Below, piece after piece: positions 60,638 to 64,000 of a stretch of 64,000 nt of DNA. A model generated the notes under the pieces. The model ran no database searches. It saw only the letters and a list, made by a program, of their open reading frames with translations, and was not told the DNA's origin. Location of the stretch: positions 352,001 to 416,000 of the forward strand of contig CAWGXH010000004.1 in the NCBI GenBank assembly GCA_963826525.1. Direction: 5' to 3'. The translations under genes and the position numbers were made by a program. The DNA comes from an uncultured Methanomicrobiaceae archaeon (GTDB taxonomy: Archaea; Halobacteriota; Methanomicrobia; Methanomicrobiales; Methanoculleaceae). Positions within the stretch are counted from its first letter, which is position 1; every line of letters begins with the position of its first letter.

Positions 60638-61017
60638 GATTGGTCCCCCTTGAGAATGTATGTGGTTCTGACGCACCGGCCGAGCCGTGACGGATGCACG
60701 ATCGCGTCATGGAAGCCCGGAATAATCCCCCCGGTTCCGTATACTACCGGAGCCTCCCTGCCCTGTGAAGGCGGGCGACGCGCGCTAACGGGTGTAATAG
60801 CAAAACACCTATATATAGGTTACCCACGGCCGGGAGAGCGCCTCGGACAATCCGTTTTTCCCGGAAAAACGGTGGCAGAAGGTAAAAACCAGTGAGCAGC
60901 AGGGCAGCGGTTCCAAGAGAGGGATATAAATATATACCCATATCGACCTAAAGAATAAAAATAAAGAAATAAAATTTATCCCGCTGTTTTCATCAGATAA
61001 AAGAGAATAATGGCAGA

Positions 61018-62094
61018 TTATTCAGCTCCGTTTCCGCCCCGGAGCCTTCTCCGGAGCAGACCACCGTAACACTGCAGACAGAACGGCGTTGTGAGCCACA
61101 CACCGCACTCGAGGAGCGGCAGGACTCCATGCTGCCGTATACGAAGCCGATAACTTTCAAGATTCATCTTCATATAGTTCTCAGCGATCTGCTCGAACCA
61201 CCAGCGGTTCGTAATCCTGCCCTCGGTCACCGCCCGTGAGACATCCGCTATGTGATCGCGAATCCTTCCGGCATCGGCCGGTTCTGCGGGCGAAGGAACA
61301 AAATCGTCATCGACGGTGATGGGAATCGTGGAAAAGTCGTCCACGCCGTCCTTCCCGAGGTCAACGGAGAGGATGCATGAATCGTGCGAGATCCCGTGCG
61401 GCCAGTTCGGATCGAACTGGAACAGGCCGAGCGAATATGCGATCAGTCCGCCGTGGTAGCGTTCCACAGCCTGAATGGTATGGGGGTGGTGCCCAAGGAT
61501 AAGGGTTGCACCGGCATCGACAAGGCTTCTTGCCAGCCGTATCTGCTCTGGAGAGGGATAATAAACGAGCTCCGTACCCCAATGGAGCGATACCGCGACG
61601 TGATCGCACGACTGCTTCAGTGCCCTGATCTCGGAGACCATCCGCTCCTCGATCAGCCTGCTCACGAATACCCCGGCGGGCATGGCACCTCGTCCGAGGG
61701 TGTAGCCGAGAAACCCGATCTGCATGCCGTTCCGCTCGAAGACGGCATGCGAGGACGGGTACCGGGACGTCGACCCGCCGACGAACCCGATGCCGCTCCC
61801 GGCAAGGGTCTTCAGGGTATTGGAAAAACCAAGGGCGCCCATATCGAGAGTATGGTTGTTCGCCACGCTGACGACATCGAAACCGGCATCCGTGAGGTAC
61901 GATGCCCGGGCAGGTGGGACAGCGATGACGTGATGCTTCGGCGCCGGTTCCCCCTCTGTCGAGAGAGCGGTCTCGAGGTTCCCGAAGAGAATATCCTTAT
62001 TTGCGAGGAGATTCCGGACATGCTCGAAAGGGTGGGAACCGTTTACCGTCTGCAACCAGATATCGCCGACCGCCACCAGTCTGACTGTGTCCAT
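61018..62094 (-). CDS. CapA/PgsA family (PGA_cap) metallophosphoesterase-fold protein
   Basis: AVGDI, FGNLET, VANNHTLDMG, SLHWGTE, GHHPH, AYSLG.F.F. Confidence 0.92.
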   Translation of the reverse strand: MDTVRLVAVGDIWLQTVNGSHPFEHVRNLLANKDILFGNLETALSTEGEPAPKHHVIAVPPARASYLTDAGFDVVSVANNHTLDMGALGFSNTLKTLAGSGIGFVGGSTSRYPSSHAVFERNGMQIGFLGYTLGRGAMPAGVFVSRLIEERMVSEIRALKQSCDHVAVSLHWGTELVYYPSPEQIRLARSLVDAGATLILGHHPHTIQAVERYHGGLIAYSLGLFQFDPNWPHGISHDSCILSVDLGKDGVDDFSTIPITVDDDFVPSPAEPADAGRIRDHIADVSRAVTEGRITNRWWFEQIAENYMKMNLESYRLRIRQHGVLPLLECGVWLTTPFCLQCYGGLLRRRLRGGNGAE

Positions 62095-62103
62095 CCCGAT
62101 TCC

Positions 62104-63531
62104 TCACAGGTCAGAATTCTCGAGCGGAAGCTCCTGGATCAGGAAACGGTACTTACCCCGTTCCGTACGAGGTATTGAGTCGACGAAGCGGATGGTTATC
62201 TTCACATCCTCACCGAGCTTCTTCTGGGATTCCTGCCGGATGGACTCGGTATCACGGTCGGTATAACCGGGTTTACGCACAATCCTGAGTATAACCTCAC
62301 CCTCTCGTTCCTGGTAAAACTGGAATTGAATAACATTATCAAAGACCGCAGAGTGCATGTTCACAGCGGTCATGGGGATCAGCCGGTCGTTGCTGGTGAC
62401 GATGAACTCCTGCAGCCTTCCCTCCACCTTCTTCAGCAGCGGATACGCCCGTCCGCAGCGGCAGTGATCGGTATCCCTGACGGCGAGGTCCATCGTCCGG
62501 TACCGAATGAGCGGGCAGACGAAGTTGGTCAGATTCGTCGCGACCACCTCGCCGAGTTCTCCGGAACCAGTCACCGGGAGGTTGTCTTTGCCGATCAGTT
62601 CGACGATCCCGTACTCGGGGAAGATGTGGTAGCTCGAGCTCTCCTCGCACTCCCCGGCAAGGACGGTCTGTTCGCTGTTGCCGTACCAACTGTAGACCCG
62701 GCACCCAAAGACGTCCTCGATCAGCTCGCGCTGCCAGGGGTAGAGGTTCTCCGACCCGCAGAGGACGGCCTTCAGCGTCAGAAACGGTTCCACCTCGTGC
62801 TTCTGCATATACGTCGCGAGAATGCTGATGATGGAAGGATAGGCCTGGATATACTTCGGCCGGAACGATCGGATCCGGTCGATATACGCAGGCAGTGTCT
62901 CCTCGGTCATGTGGTATGACGACATGATAAGCCAACGGCCGAAGAGAGCCTTCTTCCAGAATATGCGGCTCTCGGCCGAATCGACGATCTGCCCGCGGAG
63001 GACGACGCACCGGTCGCTGAACCGGTAGCCGACCCGGTCCCACTGCGCCTTCATGAACGCCCACTCCTTCGCTCGCGAGACCCCTTTTTCGTAGTAGAAC
63101 CCCACCGGAATACCGGTCGAACCGCCGGTCGTTACGTACTCAAAGGCGCTCTCCGGATAGTTGGTCGCCCGGAGTTCCGGGAGGTTGTTCTGGATGATCT
63201 CCTTCGTGAGAAAGGGGAGCAGGCGGAGATCGGCGAGGTCCCGGATATCCTCCGGTTTGAGACCACGCTCGTCGAAGATACGCCGGTAGTAGGGGACATG
63301 CTCGTACGCGTGGTCGAGCAGCCGTGACAGTTCGGCACGCTGGTAGGCCTCGAGCTCCTCACGGCTCCACCACTGCGAATGCCGCAGAAAGGCATACGTT
63401 CTTCGGAAGGTGTCGTAGGTCGGGAGCAGGCCGAGAGCCTTAGCCGTAACCGACTCCCGATTGTACACGCGGTCCCAGATCTGAGATATTCCAATTCCCC
63501 CGTTCCACGGCATGACTTCCGCCAGCCACAA
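62104..63531 (-). CDS. CapK-like adenylate-forming enzyme (phenylacetate-CoA ligase family)
   Basis: AYEHVPYYR, LPFLTKE, TTGGSTG.P, YGNSE, PLIRYRTMD, VEGR, IPRTERGK. Confidence 0.9.
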   Translation of the reverse strand: MWLAEVMPWNGGIGISQIWDRVYNRESVTAKALGLLPTYDTFRRTYAFLRHSQWWSREELEAYQRAELSRLLDHAYEHVPYYRRIFDERGLKPEDIRDLADLRLLPFLTKEIIQNNLPELRATNYPESAFEYVTTGGSTGIPVGFYYEKGVSRAKEWAFMKAQWDRVGYRFSDRCVVLRGQIVDSAESRIFWKKALFGRWLIMSSYHMTEETLPAYIDRIRSFRPKYIQAYPSIISILATYMQKHEVEPFLTLKAVLCGSENLYPWQRELIEDVFGCRVYSWYGNSEQTVLAGECEESSSYHIFPEYGIVELIGKDNLPVTGSGELGEVVATNLTNFVCPLIRYRTMDLAVRDTDHCRCGRAYPLLKKVEGRLQEFIVTSNDRLIPMTAVNMHSAVFDNVIQFQFYQEREGEVILRIVRKPGYTDRDTESIRQESQKKLGEDVKITIRFVDSIPRTERGKYRFLIQELPLENSDL

Positions 63532-63618
63532 TTCTCCTATATACTCATTTCCCTTCCGGGATGCACCACCCGCATCTTCCCCGGAACACTAATACATGGT
63601 TATGCACGCCCTGCTCCA

Positions 63619-63804
63619 TCAGAAGAAATTCTCAGACGGAGGTATCACTTCTCGATCCTCTCCCCACATAGAGTAAAAATGCTTCAAAAACTCAGGGAAC
63701 AGTTGCTTCTCCGTAAAAACAACCCAAACGTCGCCACTCGCGTTGTGACATGTCCAGGACTGAAAAGAAACATCATCCATGGCCAACAGGCGGAGCGTAA
63801 CCAT
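63619..63804 (-). CDS. Possible small hypothetical protein (61 aa)
   Basis: ATG preceded by GAGGTAGGG and a TTTTTAAATA box about 25 nt upstream; no recognisable motif. Confidence 0.25.
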   Translation of the reverse strand: MVTLRLLAMDDVSFQSWTCHNASGDVWVVFTEKQLFPEFLKHFYSMWGEDREVIPPSENFF

Positions 63805-64000
63805 GTCCCTACCTCATCCATACCAGTATTTAAAAATATCCTACCATCCGGTGAGATACCGGGTGACGAATTTCATTCTGACGAGTTTTTCCCCATTCCG
63901 AATAAAAAAACGGCGAGAGGATAGGTGTGCCAGGAAACTTCCGTGCAGGAGCGAGGGATTTGCACGATAATCGGCAGCGTATCGGCCATATACCCGGGAG

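Noticed and set aside
61018-62094. Poly-gamma-glutamate capsule operon
   Set aside because: CapA alone is insufficient; no CapB/CapC seen in the window.

Overview
GC-rich archaeal DNA. Gene content (thermosome, TiaS, Trm5, CTP-dependent RibK, Zn-finger RPA, deoxyhypusine synthase, thiolase/DUF35/HMG-CoA synthase, a PGF-CTERM protein) points to a methanogenic euryarchaeon, probably Methanomicrobiales (inference). Positions 1-41.3 kb are mostly housekeeping: mevalonate and riboflavin genes, RPA, cbiZ, pyrF, tiaS, chaperonin, lysS, trpF, UDG, an ADP-forming acyl-CoA ligase, a redox/stress cluster and a four-subunit 2-oxoacid:ferredoxin oxidoreductase. That stretch also holds three tandem sensor kinases with no receiver nearby, a resolvase-like protein without its catalytic motif, and a stand-alone NrdD glycyl-radical domain. 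From about 41.4 kb to the end lies the best candidate for an undescribed system, a surface-polysaccharide/capsule locus: nucleotide-sugar dehydrogenase, flippase, polytopic polymerase candidate, two GT4s, an asparagine-synthetase-like amidoligase, and CapA- and CapK-like genes. Embedded in it are four tandem secreted beta-helix paralogues with mosaic, partly nucleotide-identical cores and different C-termini (triple CBM-like module, two short tails, PGF-CTERM). About 15 single-base indels, many in essential genes, suggest long-read sequencing error rather than pseudogenes. No rRNA, tRNA, CRISPR array or intact IS element was recognised. All family assignments come from motif recognition by eye; no searches were run.
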